NCBI GenBank assembly: GCA_963847445.1
Contig: CAWJZV010000006.1
Coordinates: 1-64,000 of the forward strand
Direction: 5' to 3'
Length of the DNA: 64,000 bases
Source: an uncultured delta proteobacterium
Lineage (GTDB): Bacteria; Desulfobacterota; Binatia; UBA9968
A model generated the notes under the pieces. The model did no database searches. It was not told where the DNA came from and saw nothing but the letters and a program-made list of their open reading frames with translations. Each line of letters opens with the position of its first letter. Positions within the stretch are counted from its first letter, which is position 1. A program made the translations under genes and the position numbers. Shown one piece after another: positions 21,060 through 31,597 of the stretch.

Positions 21060-22190
21060 ATGAAAACTAATTTACTTCCCCTGGTTTTTTTACTCTGCGC
21101 GGTTCCGCCTGCCGCCGGTCAGGCGCCGAGTTCGCCGCAACCGAAGCCGATCGAAGGCGCGTTGCGGGCGACCACCGTCGCCAAAGGGTTGGAACATCCC
21201 TGGGCCCTCGAAATTCTCCCCGACGGGCGCATGCTGGTCAGCGAGCGGCCGGGACGCTTGCGCGTCATCGATCGTAACGGGCGCGTCGCCGAGCCGTTGG
21301 CCGGCGTGCCCACAGTAGTCGCGCGCCGGCAGGGCGGGCTGCTCGATATCGCGCGATCGCCTGGCTTTGCCCAGGACCGGCTGATTTATTTTTCCTTCGC
21401 GGAAGAGGGCGAGGGCGGCACCGGCACGGCGGTGGCGCGCGCTGTTTTGGCCGAGCGAGCGCTGGAAAAAGTCCAGGTGATCTGGCGCCAGACGCCTAAA
21501 GTCAAGAGTGATAATCATTTCGGCTCGCGACTGGTGTTTGGCCGCGACGGCAATCTATTCGTTACCTTGGGCGATCGCTTCGCGTACCGTGATCAGGCGC
21601 AGAATCTGGCGACCACGTTGGGCAAGATAGTCAGAATTCAACCGGATGGCGGCATTCCGAAAGATAATCCGTTTGTCGGGCGCGAAGGCGCGCGGCCGGA
21701 GATCTGGTCCTATGGCCATCGTAACGTGCAAGCGGCGACGCTCCACCCGGAGACCGGACAACTGTGGACGGTCGAGCATGGCGCGCGCGGCGGCGACGAG
21801 CTCAATCAACCGCAAGCCGGAAAAAATTACGGCTGGCCGGTGATTACCTATGGCGTCGATTACTCCGGGGCAAAGATCGGCGAAGGCACGAGCAAGGCGG
21901 GCATGGAGCAACCGGTTTATTATTGGGACCCGGTGATCGCGCCGTCGGGGGCATTGCTTTATACCGGCAACCTCTTCCCGCAATGGAAGGGCAATCTGTT
22001 GATCGGTTCGTTGCAGCCGGGCCAGTTGGTGCGGCTGGAAATGACCGCCGGGCGCGTCAGCAACGAGTATCGTTACGGCGGCGAGCTGGGCGCGCGCATC
22101 CGCGACGTGCAGCAAGCGCCGGACGGAGCGATTTACCTCATCACGGACGAGAACAACGGCAGAATTCTGCGCGTCGAACCGGCGAAGTAA
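21060..22190 (+). CDS. PQQ-dependent sugar dehydrogenase (YliI/Asd family), exported
   Basis: GLEHPW, QGGLLD, HFGSRL, YGHRNVQ, EHGARGGDELN, NYGWP, RIRDV; signal peptide. Confidence 0.95.
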   Translation: MKTNLLPLVFLLCAVPPAAGQAPSSPQPKPIEGALRATTVAKGLEHPWALEILPDGRMLVSERPGRLRVIDRNGRVAEPLAGVPTVVARRQGGLLDIARSPGFAQDRLIYFSFAEEGEGGTGTAVARAVLAERALEKVQVIWRQTPKVKSDNHFGSRLVFGRDGNLFVTLGDRFAYRDQAQNLATTLGKIVRIQPDGGIPKDNPFVGREGARPEIWSYGHRNVQAATLHPETGQLWTVEHGARGGDELNQPQAGKNYGWPVITYGVDYSGAKIGEGTSKAGMEQPVYYWDPVIAPSGALLYTGNLFPQWKGNLLIGSLQPGQLVRLEMTAGRVSNEYRYGGELGARIRDVQQAPDGAIYLITDENNGRILRVEPAK

Positions 22191-22203
22191 CAAAAGAAAA
22201 GCC

Positions 22204-22249
22204 CGTTCAAATCGTTCAAACCGTTCAAGCAGTTCAAGTCGTTGTCGGA
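22204..22249 (+). repeat. GTTCAA 9-nt-period array, copy 1 (left arm only)
   Basis: GTTCAA at 22205, 22214, 22223, 22232, then CGTTGTCGGA. Confidence 0.9.
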
Positions 22250-22336
22250 AGAAGAATCGGAACTGGAGAATGAACCGCGAGCCTGCAACGTAACGCGCCG
22301 AAGCTAATGGTTACGATCGGCGCAATCTCTGAAATC

Positions 22337-22364
22337 CGTCATTCCCGTGAAAACGGGAATCCAG
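22337..22364. repeat. REP-like palindrome (CGTCATTCCCG type)
   Basis: CGTCATTCCCGTGAAAACGGGAATCCAG hairpin. Confidence 0.75.
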
Positions 22365-22492
22365 GTTCGGTTGGGGTGGGGTGACCCGCATGCGGAATTC
22401 ATTTTGCGGCAATTCGCCAAATCGTTTTTGCCAAGTCTACGATCCGCGTCGCCGGCGCACATTTCGCAATCACGCGATTGCCAGCCACCCCA

Positions 22493-22515
22493 GGGCGTAT
22501 GCAATACGCCCCTAC
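22493..22515. repeat. GTAG-family REP palindrome
   Basis: GGGCGTATGCAATACGCCCCTAC; reverse complement begins GTAGGGGCG. Confidence 0.8.
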
Positions 22516-22556
22516 GCAGAAAACCGAACTTTGCGTTGTTATCCGTGATCATTTGC

Positions 22557-23542
22557 ATGGCTATCCGGGGTTTTGCGATCGCTGCTTTCGCGCTGATCAG
22601 TTCGAGCTGCAGCGGACCGCAGTCCGCGCTCGATCCCGCCGGTCATGGCGCCCAGTGGATCGCCGATATGTTCTGGTGGATGACCGGTTCGGCGGCGGTA
22701 ATCTGGGTCGCGGTTATCGTCTCTGGCGATCTGGGCGGCGCGCAGCGCGCCGGAAAAGCAAAACCGGCGGCGCACCAACCTGATGATCATCGGCGGCGGC
22801 GCAGTGGTGCCGACGCTGGCGTTGGCGCTGCTGTTGCTTTACGGGCTGGCGCCGCTACCGGCGTTGCTCGCGCCCGCGCCCCACGGCAGCCTGCTAATCG
22901 AAGTCTCCGGCGAGCAATGGTGGTGGCGCGTGCGTTACCGGCCGCCCGGCGCCGCCGTTGTGAGCGTCGCCAACGAAATCCGTCTTCCGGTCGGCGCGCC
23001 GGTGCAGTTTCATCTAGAAAGTCCCGATGTCGTCCATTCTTTTTGGATACCGCCGTTGGGCGGCAAGATCGACATGATTCCCGGCCGAGTCACGCGCCTG
23101 GTTCTGACGCCCACGCGCAGCGGAACCTTTCGCGGCGCTTGTGCCGAGTACTGCGGCACGTCCCACGCGCTGATGGCGTTTCCAGTCGTGATCATGGAAC
23201 CCGCGGACTTTGCCCGCTGGCTGACGGCGCAGGCGGCGCCCGCGCAGCCGCCCACGACTGCGCTGGCTGCGCGCGGATTGGCGGCGTTTTTGGAAAGCGG
23301 CTGCGGCGCTTGCCACAGCATCCGTGGCACCTCCGCCGCGCGGCGTCATCGGCCCTGATCTTACCCACGTCGGCAGCCGGTTGAGTCTCGGCGCAGGAAT
23401 TTTGCCGAACACGCCGGAGGCGTTCGTGCGCTGGCTTAAGCATGCGGATAAGTTAAAACCCGGAGTGCACATGCCGGGTTTTGGCATGCTGGCTGAATCC
23501 GAGTTGCAGGCAGTGGCGGCGTATCTGGACGGCTTAGAATGA
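22557..23542 (+). CDS. coxB: cytochrome c oxidase subunit II with fused cytochrome c (caa3 type; two frameshifts)
   Basis: SALDPAG, QWWW, DVVHSFW, CAEYCGTSHALM CuA site, CGACH, GPDLTH, PGVHMP. Confidence 0.92.
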
Positions 23543-23728
23543 ACACGTTCAAATCGTTCAAGCCGTTCAAGCGCTGCGCTCCGTTCAAGCCGTTGTCGGA
23601 GGTTGTAATAGTTAAAACATTTTGCCAACTCGTTCTTCGTCCCGTTCTTCCGCGCCTTGAACAGAGCGAAGCGGTTGAACGAAGCGTTGGCGATTGAACG
23701 GAGCAACGCGATTGAACGGCTTGAACGT
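23539..23728. repeat. GTTCAA/TTGAAC inverted-array element, copy 2, between coxB and coxA
   Basis: GTTCAA at 23547, 23556, 23565, 23583; TTGAAC at 23657, 23675, 23694, 23712, 23721. Confidence 0.92.
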
Positions 23729-23737
23729 ATTGCAGTC

Positions 23738-26274
23738 ATGAAGAGACCTGATCCCCAACCGTTAGCCGAACCATTGCCCGTCGAACAGCGGCGGGCGCAA
23801 GCCGAGCGACTGATGCGTACCTGGGAGACGCCTGCCGGGTGGCGCTATTGGTCTTCGGTCAACAATATGGATGTCGGTTTGTGGTACACCGGGCTGACGT
23901 TTATCTTCCTGCTCTTCGGCGGCGGCCTGGCGCTTTTGATGCGTCTGCAACTGGCCGTGCCCGATAACGATTTTCTTTCCGCCGAATTTTACAACCAAGC
24001 ATTCACCGTGCATGGCTCGGTGATGATGTTCTTGTTCGCGATTCCGATCTTTGAAGCGATCGCGGTATTATTTTTGCCGCAAATGCTCGGCGCGCGCGAC
24101 TTGCCGTTTCCGCGTCTTTCGGCATTTGGCTTTTGGTGTTTTCTTCTCGGCGGCTTGTTCCTTTGCGGGTCGATCTTCTTCGATGCGGCGCCGCGCGGCG
24201 GCTGGTTCATGTATCCGCCGCTCACTTCCAAGTATCAGCCCGACATCGGCGCGGATATTTGGCTTTTGGGATTTTCATTCATCGAGATCGCCGCCATCGC
24301 CGCCGCCGTCGAGATGATCGTCGGCACGCTCAAGACCAGACCGCCGGGAATGCGGCTTAATTTAATGCCGCTCTACGTTTGGTATGTGCTGGTGGCCGCG
24401 GTGATGATCGTCTTCGCGTTTCCGCCGTTGATCGCCGGCAGCATGCTGCTCGAGCTTGAACGGGCCTTTGACTGGCCGTTCTTCAATCCCGCAGCGCGGC
24501 GGCGACCCGCTGCTGTGGCAGCATTTGTTCTGGCTCTTCGGCCATCCCGAAGTCTACATCATATTTTTGCCCTCGGTGGCGCTGATCGCGATGATCGTGC
24601 CGACCTTCGCGCAGCGCCCGATAGTCGGCTACAGCTGGATCGTGCTGGCTGCGGTGGGCACCGGGTTTCTGAGTTTCGGCCTGTGGGTGCATCACATGTT
24701 TACCACCGGGCTGCCGGGCATCACTCTCGGAATATTTGCCGCCGCCTCGCAGGCGGTGGCGCTGCCCACCGGCGTGCAGATCTTCTGCTTCATCGCTACC
24801 CTTGCCGCCGGGCGAGTGGTGCCGTCGGTGCCGATGCTCTGGGCCTTCGGCAGCCTGGTGATTTTCGTGCTCGGCGGCTTGACCGGCGTGATGGTGGCGG
24901 TGGCGCCTTTCGATTTTCAGGCCCACGACACGTTTTTCGTCGTCGCGCATTTACATTACGTCTTGATCGGCGGCGCGCTGTTTCCGATCTTTGCCGGTTG
25001 CTATTATTTTTACCCGTTGATCGGCGGCAAGCTGCTCTCAGAAAAAATCGGCAAGGTCGCTTTTTGGCTGGCATTTACCGGCTTCAATATTACGTTTCTG
25101 CCGATGCATGTGACCGGCCTGCGCGGCATGCCGCGGCGGGTTTTTACTTACCCTGCGGGAATGGGTTTCGATGGACTGAATCTGGTCTCTACCATCGGCG
25201 CGTTTATCCTCGCCGCCGGCGTCGCGCTGATCTTCTGGGATCTATTCCGGCCAAAGCGCCATCAGCCCTATGCGGAGCGCAATCCGTGGCGCGCCGGAAC
25301 CATCGAGTGGACTCAGGAAATGCCAGCCCATCCCTGGGGCATTCGCTCGATTCCCGAAATCGACAGCCGATATCCTTTGTGGGACCAGGCGAATTTCATT
25401 CGCGACATCGACGAGGGCAGATTTTATTTGCCGGATGCGCAGGAAGGCCGGCGCGAAACGATCATCACCTCGGTGCTCGATGCCGAGCCGCAACAATGCG
25501 CGCGCCTGCCGGGGTCCAGTTTCATCACGCTGTGGGCGGCGCTTGGCACCGGCGGTTTTTTTATTTTCGGCACTTATCATTGGTGGACCGCGGCGCTGAT
25601 CAGTCTGATGGCCGGGCTGGTGGTGATTATCTTTTGGCTCTGGACCGGCACCGGGCAAATTCCCGAGAAAGAAAGCAAAGACGTCGGTCTCGGATTGACC
25701 TTGCCGCTATATCTCTCCGGGTCGGGACTCGGTGGGCTGGTGGGCGATGTTCATCACCATGCTGGCGCTGTTCACGGCATTCATCTGTCTGGTCTTCGGC
25801 TATTTCTTCTATTGGACGGCGCGCGACGACTTTCCTCCCGACCCGATCCCCGGGCCAGGGACTTTCTGGCCGGTGGTCGCAGCGGCGGCGCTGCTCGGCT
25901 CCTGGGCGTTAACGCTTTTGAGCGTGCGCTGGAATCGCCTCGACAACGTCCCGGCCTTCTATCTCGGCCTCGCTTTCGCCATGCTTTGCAGCGCGGCAGG
26001 CGCTGCGGCGCTGCTCGCGGGTCCGTGGCGCACCGGCCTTGACCCGGCGAGCCATGTCTATGGTGCAACGGTTTGGATCCTGGTGATCTGGGCCGCGGTG
26101 CAGGCGCTGCTCGGCATCATCATGCAGCTTTACTGCCTGGCGCGCCGCCTCGCCGGACGCATGACCTCGCGCTACGACATGGACATTTACAACGTCGCGC
26201 TGTACTGGCACTTCACCGCGCTGACGGCGGCGATTACGGTGGCGGTGATTGCCGGGTTTCCGCTACTTTTATGA
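23738..26274 (+). CDS. coxA: cytochrome c oxidase subunit I with fused subunit III-like C-terminus (two frameshifts)
   Basis: FTVHGSVMMF, GWFMYPPL, FGHPEVY, WVHHMF, VAHLHYV, GMPRR; C-terminal GWW...LYWHF subunit III-like segment in ORF 25732-26274. Confidence 0.93.
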
Positions 26275-26494
26275 ATAAACACGTTCAAATCGTTCAAAAC
26301 GTTCAAGCGCCTCTTAGGAATGAAGATGTTCAAACCGTTCAACCGCTGCGCTCGGTTCAAAACGTTCAAACCGTTTCGGAAAAGATTTGACGGACCGGGA
26401 GGCAAGTAAGGGTGAATCTTAACTCGCTTTTTTTAGTCGGCTTGAACGGAGCAAAGCGTTTGAACGGAACGAAGTGATTGAACGGCTTGAACGC
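26271..26494. repeat. GTTCAA/TTGAAC inverted-array element, copy 3
   Basis: GTTCAA at 26283, 26292, 26301, 26328, 26337, 26355, 26364; TTGAAC at 26442, 26460, 26478, 26487. Confidence 0.92.
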
Positions 26495-26514
26495 GTTCAT
26501 AAGTGAAAGGGAAA

Positions 26515-26899
26515 ATGGCCCGGGAAAATTTTCCAGAGCACAAAGATAGCATTTTGCTGCTTGACCCTGGGTCCGCTGATCTGGGCGGCGCACTTGCTGT
26601 TGAGCTATGGCACGGCGTCGATCTGGTGCGGCAAGATGGTTGAGACCGGCGGTTCTCTCGGCACCGTTCGCGGCGCGATTGTGGTTTACACTGTGGCCGG
26701 ACTTGCGGCGACTACCTGGGTCGCCTGGAGGGGCTATCGCCGACATCGCACCGGCGGGGCCAGTTTGCCGCATGACGACGATTCACCTGAAGACCGCCAT
26801 CGTTTTATCGGTTATGCAACTTTTTTGCTGGCTTGTTTGAGCGCCGCTGCGATCGTTTACGCCGGCTCGATCACGCTGTTTTTTCGGAGTTGCTATTAA
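26515..26899 (+). CDS. small membrane protein of the oxidase operon (probable frameshift near 26565)
   Basis: PLIWAAHLLLSY...C and three TM segments; operon position; ATG 26515 is in a different frame from ORF 26561. Confidence 0.7.
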
Positions 26900-26901
26900 C
26901 A

Positions 26902-27344
26902 ATGAAGACAGAGCCGTTCAAAACGTTCAACCGCTACGCTCCGTTCAAGCCGTGCCCTCACCCGAACCCTTCCAAAGGGAGCTTATCGTTGCCCATAGGT
27001 TTTGGTTGGAGACGGCGAGTGCTGCAGACTCAGCAAATTCTGGTAAAGCGCTCAAGCGGCGGCGCGTTTTCCAGTCCCCCTCTTTGGAAAAGAGGGGCTA
27101 GGGGAGATTTTTCGCTTCCATGCGGCTCCATCGTCGTAAGCGTCATTGCTAACGATAGAACCTCCCCTCACCGCAGCCAAATCCCCCTGAATCCCCCTTT
27201 TCCAAAGGGGGAAGGGGTCACTATGAGGCCTCTGCTTCTGTCCAGCCAATGAGATGTGGCGCGTGTTGAGCAAAGAGAGCGGGAACTAGGAACGAAGCGA
27301 AGCGGTTGAACTGAGCGCAGCGCGGTTGAACGAAACGAAGTGAA
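26902..27344. repeat. GTTCAA/TTGAAC inverted-array element, copy 4, with nested REPs
   Basis: GTTCAA at 26916, 26925, 26943; TTGAAC at 27306, 27326; interior holds CCCTCACCC-type and CCCCCTTT-type palindromes. Confidence 0.85.
27075..27212. repeat. inverted pair of CCCCCTTT..AAAGGGGG REP-like units
   Basis: TCCCCCTCTTTGGAAAAGAGGGGCTAGGGGAGATTT (27075-27110) versus AAATCCCCCTGAATCCCCCTTTTCCAAAGGGGGA (27179-27212). Confidence 0.85.
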
Positions 27345-27996
27345 ATGACCCGGCCAATTATTTTCATCATCGCCGTGCTCACGCTTGCGGCTCTGTGGTT
27401 GACGCCTTGGGCTTCATTGGGCATGGCGCCGTTTAGCGCGCATATGGTCGTGCATATGGGGATCGTCGCGGTGGCGGCGCCGCTGTTGGCGCTTGGGGTT
27501 GCCGGCAGCGCTGCTCGATCCAGTAGCGCGCTTGCCGGCGCTGTTTCCGCCGATTCCGGTGTCGCTGGTGGAATTTATCGTCGTGTGGGCTTGGCACACG
27601 CCGGCGCTGCATCACGCCGCGCGCCAACCAGGTTTCGCGTCGTTTGCCGAGCAGGGCATGTTTTTTCTCGCCGGGCTCTGGCTCTGGCTGGCGGTTTTCG
27701 GCGGCACTGGCAACGAGCGCCGCGGCCGGGCTGGCAGCGGCGTGCTTGCGCTCCTGCTGACTTCCATGCACATGACCCTGCTTGGCGCGCTCTTGGCTCT
27801 GGCGCCGCGGCCGCTATTCGCCCATGACACGGCTGATGCGACCCATGCTCTAGATTCCCTAGCTGCGCTCGCCGATCAGCAGCTAGGCGGCGCGATCATG
27901 CTGCTGGTCGGTGGCGTTGCCTATCTCGCCGGCGGTCTGTGGCTGACTGCTGGATTATTGCGCAGGGTGGAGTATCGGCAGAGGGCAAGGACATGA
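27345..27996 (+). CDS. cytochrome c oxidase assembly protein (Caa3_CtaG family; one frameshift)
   Basis: FSAHMVVHM..VAVAAPLL, WAWHTPALH, HMTLLG, DQQLGGAIM. Confidence 0.88.
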
Positions 27997-29113
27997 AAAC
28001 CTGGCTGTGGCGTGGCGCGCTCGCGCTTGCGCTGCTCGGCATGTTGGGAGGTCTCGTCATGCTCTCCGGGATCGTGCCGATCAAAGCCAGCTCGCGCCAC
28101 TGGGCGATTACCGCCTGGCTGCTGGATTTTTCCAAACAGCGCTCGGTCAGCACGCATACTCTTGGCCTGAAAGCGCCGCCGCTTGACGATCCGCGCATGG
28201 TGGTCAAGGGCGGTGCTTACTTTGATGTCGGCTGCCGTCCTTGCCACGGCGGGCCGGAGCTGCGCCAGCCAAGAATCCCGGCGCAAATGACGCCCCATCC
28301 GGTCTATCTGCCGCCGCGTATCGCCGATTGGGCAGCCGAGGAGCTTTTTTACATGATCAAACACGGCATCAAGTTCACCGGCATGCCCGCCTGGCCCGCG
28401 CCCGGTCGCGACGATGAGGTCTGGGCGATAGTCGCTTTTCTCAAGCGCCTGCCGCATCTTGACGCCGCACAGTACGCGCGCGTGACCCGGGGTGAAACCG
28501 CGGACGACCGCATGGACGCGCCGCTGCGCGCGCTGGCAGCCCAAGTCGGTTGCGGCGCGCCGCGCGGTGGCGGATAACTGTTCGCGCTGTCACGGCGCCG
28601 ACGGCATGGGCAGGGACGGCGCATCGCCGGTTATCGCCGGTCAACGGGCAGCGTACATTTTCGCGTCTCTTGACGCCTATGGCCGCGGCAAGCGCCACAG
28701 CGGCATGATGGAACCGATCGCCGCCGGCTTGAGCGTCGCAAACGATGAGCGAACTTGCGCATTTTTACGCCGGGCTTGCGCCCGCTTCGCGGTCCGCCAG
28801 TGCCGACAGCGCCGCCATCGCGCGCGGGCGTGCAATCGCCCTGGGCGGCGTGGCGCAAAACAAAGTCCCCCCTTGCGCGGAGTGTCATGGTCCGGGCGAG
28901 CGCCGCCGCAATCCATTCTATCCCGATCTTGCCGGACAGCATGGCGATTATTTGGTACTTCAATTGCAACTCTTCAAAGCCGGCATACGTGGCGGCAGCG
29001 CCTACGCGCACCTGATGCAACATGTCGCGCCGCACTTGAGCGAAGCGCAAATCCGCGACTTGGCGGCGTATTATAGTGTTGCGGAAAGCAAAAAAGTAGG
29101 AATCGAGAACTAG
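27993..29113 (+). CDS. membrane-anchored multiheme c-type cytochrome (c4/c553-like; two frameshifts)
   Basis: three heme motifs CRPCH, CSRCH, CAECH; HGIKFTGMPAW; P.LAGQ...Y; ATGA overlap with upstream gene. Confidence 0.88.
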
Positions 29114-29334
29114 AAAAATTGTCGGGAGGAATGACCGCCTTGAAATGTGAGTAGTATCTCCTAGCTGTCCTATTATCGGGACAGAATCTGGTCTGCCGTC
29201 TTTTTACAATTATGCGTAGGAAATTTTTGTCTTGCGAACCGGATTTGTTTTGATAGAATAAAAATCTTCCGGTGCGATCTTATGATTCGAGCGAGGGTCG
29301 GCAATACAACTCGTCGGGATAGAGTTTAGCGAAC

Positions 29335-31162
29335 ATGGTAAAGCGAATGAACCGATCTAAAACAACTTTACCGGCGCTGGCCAAGGCACCCACCGGTATC
29401 GGCGGCTTGGACGAAATCACCGGCGGCGGCTTGCCGCGCGGACGGACTTCGCTTATCGCCGGCACCGCCGGCGCCGGCAAAACTCTTTTCGGCATGGAGT
29501 TTATCTACCGCGGCGCCACCGCAGTTCGACGAGCCCGGCGTGGTCATGGCCTTCGAGGAGAGCGAAACCGAGTTGACCGAGAACGTCGCCAGTCTCGGCT
29601 TTGATTTCGACGCGTCTGATCAAACGCAACCAGCTCGCGATCGATTTTGTCCGGGTCGAGCGCAGCGAGATCGAAGAGACCGGCGAATACGATCTCGAAG
29701 GATTGTTTATCCGCCTGGGCCACGCCATCGACCAAGTAAAAGCCAAGCGCGTCCTGCTCGATACCATTGAAGCGCTGTTCGCAGCCTTGCCCAACGAAGG
29801 TGTCTTGCGCGCCGAGCTGCGCCGGCTGTTTCGCTGGCTCAAAGAGCGCGGCGTCACCGCGGTAATCACCGCCGAACGCGGCAGCGGCGCGCTCACCCGC
29901 CACGGCTTGGAAGAGTATGTTTCGGACTGCGTCATCTCTGCTCGACCATCGGGTGATCGAACAGGTGTCGACCCGGCGTCTGCGTGTGGTCAAGTATCGC
30001 GGCACGACTCACGGCACCAACGAGTATCCGTTCCTGATCGATGACGGGGGGATCTCGGTATTGCCGGTGACTTCGCTGGGATTAAACCATGAGGCTCCGA
30101 CCGAGCGCATCTCCTCGGGCATCGACCAACTCGACGCCATGCTCGACGGCGAGGGCTACTACCGCGGCGGCAGCGTGCTGATTTCCGGGACGCCCGGCGT
30201 CCGGCAAGAGTTCGATCTCGGCGCACTTTATCGAGGCCGCCTGCACGCGCGGCGAGCGCTGCTTGTATTTCCCTTTGAAGAGTCGCAGAGCCAGATCGTG
30301 CGCAATATGCGCTCTATCGGCATCGATCTCGGCCGCTGGGTCTGGAGCGCGGCTTGTTGCGTTTCCACCCGGCGCGGCCGCAGTTGCAGGGCTTGGAGTC
30401 GCATCTGGCGCTGATGCTCAAGCAGATCGGCGACTTCGATCCGGCGGTGGTGGTGATCGATCCGGTGACCAACCTCACCGAGATCGGCAGCTCGACCGGA
30501 AGCCAAAACGATGCTTATGCGACTGGTGGATTTTTTCAAGGTCGCGCCAGATCACTGCGCTGTTGACTAGTTTGACCAGCAAATCAAGAGCAATCCTGAG
30601 AACAGCCGAGGTCGGCATCTCGTCGATGATGGACACCTGGCTGTTGTTACGCAATCTGGAAATGAACGGCGAGCGCAATCGCGGCCTATACATTCTAAAG
30701 TCCCGCGGCATGCCGCACTCCAATCAGATCCGCGAGTTCACGTTGACCAACCACGGCGCCCAATTGCGGGAAGTCTACGCGGGAGTCGCCGGCGTCCTGG
30801 CCGGCACCGCGCGGGTGGCGCAAGAAGCGCGCGAGCGCGCCGAAGCGCTGGCGCACCAGCAGGAGATCGAGCGCAAACGGCGCGAACTCGAAAGCAAGCG
30901 TTTAGCCATGGAAGCGCAAATCGCTTCACTGCGCGCTGCTTTTACCAGCGAATCCGTTGAGATCGAGAAAGCCGTGAACGATATGCGCATTGCTGAAGAC
31001 CTTATGACTGGAACGCGCGCTGTGCTCGCCGGTTTGCGCGGCGCCGATGCTGAAGGAAAGTCCGGCAAGCTCCGAAGGAAAGGAGTAAACCATGGCGGTG
31101 AACGAAGAAACGGCGGTAAAGCGAACGGGCGCAAAGACCGGCGCGGCACCCTCGTCGAATAA
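29335..31162 (+). CDS. kaiC: KaiC family double-domain ATPase (multiple frameshifts)
   Basis: [88 protein letters not shown]; C-terminal coiled coil. Confidence 0.93.
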
Positions 31163-31438
31163 GCAGTGGCAACTGCGCCTCTATGTGGCCGGGCAGACAC
31201 CGAAGTGTTTGACTGCCTTAGCCAATCTAAAAAAGATTTGCGAGGAGAATCTGGCCGGGGAGTATGAGATCGAAATCATCGATCTGCTCGAGCGGCCGCA
31301 ATTGGCGCAAGCGGCGATCAAATCCTGGCGATTCCGACCCTGGTGCGCAAGCTTCCCGAGCCGATGCACAAAATCATCGGCGATCTGTCCAACACCGAGC
31401 GCGTGCTCGTCGGCTTGGATTTGCGGCCCGCGGGCTAG
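31092..31438 (+). CDS. kaiB: KaiB (one frameshift near 31311)
   Basis: [24 protein letters not shown], then [23 protein letters not shown] in the shifted frame; AGGAG RBS. Confidence 0.93.
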
Positions 31439-31597
31439 CGAGTTTCGCGAGGTTTAAGTTTCGTTCACGAGGTTCTAGTAGTCCGGAGAGATTCGGACAA
31501 CCGGAGTACGGCGAATGAGTATGCCGATTGGCAAAACGAAAAAATAAATCCGCAGCATTGGAGCCGGCCGCTGAGCGGTGAATCGCAGATTTACCTG

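Noticed and set aside
23657-23737. N-terminal extension MNRAKRLNEALAIERS... of coxA in the ORF track
   Set aside because: It is a translation of the TTGAAC repeat arm; ATG 23738 is the more plausible start.
26833-27252. 139-aa ORF as a genuine protein-coding gene
   Set aside because: It is composed of repeat and REP translations (PFKTFNR, SPPLWKRG, IPLNPPFPKG); kept only as a possible filler ORF.
22204-27335. GTTCAA arrays as a CRISPR array
   Set aside because: Units are 9 nt with no 25-45 nt unique spacers, they occur as inverted arms, and there are no cas genes.
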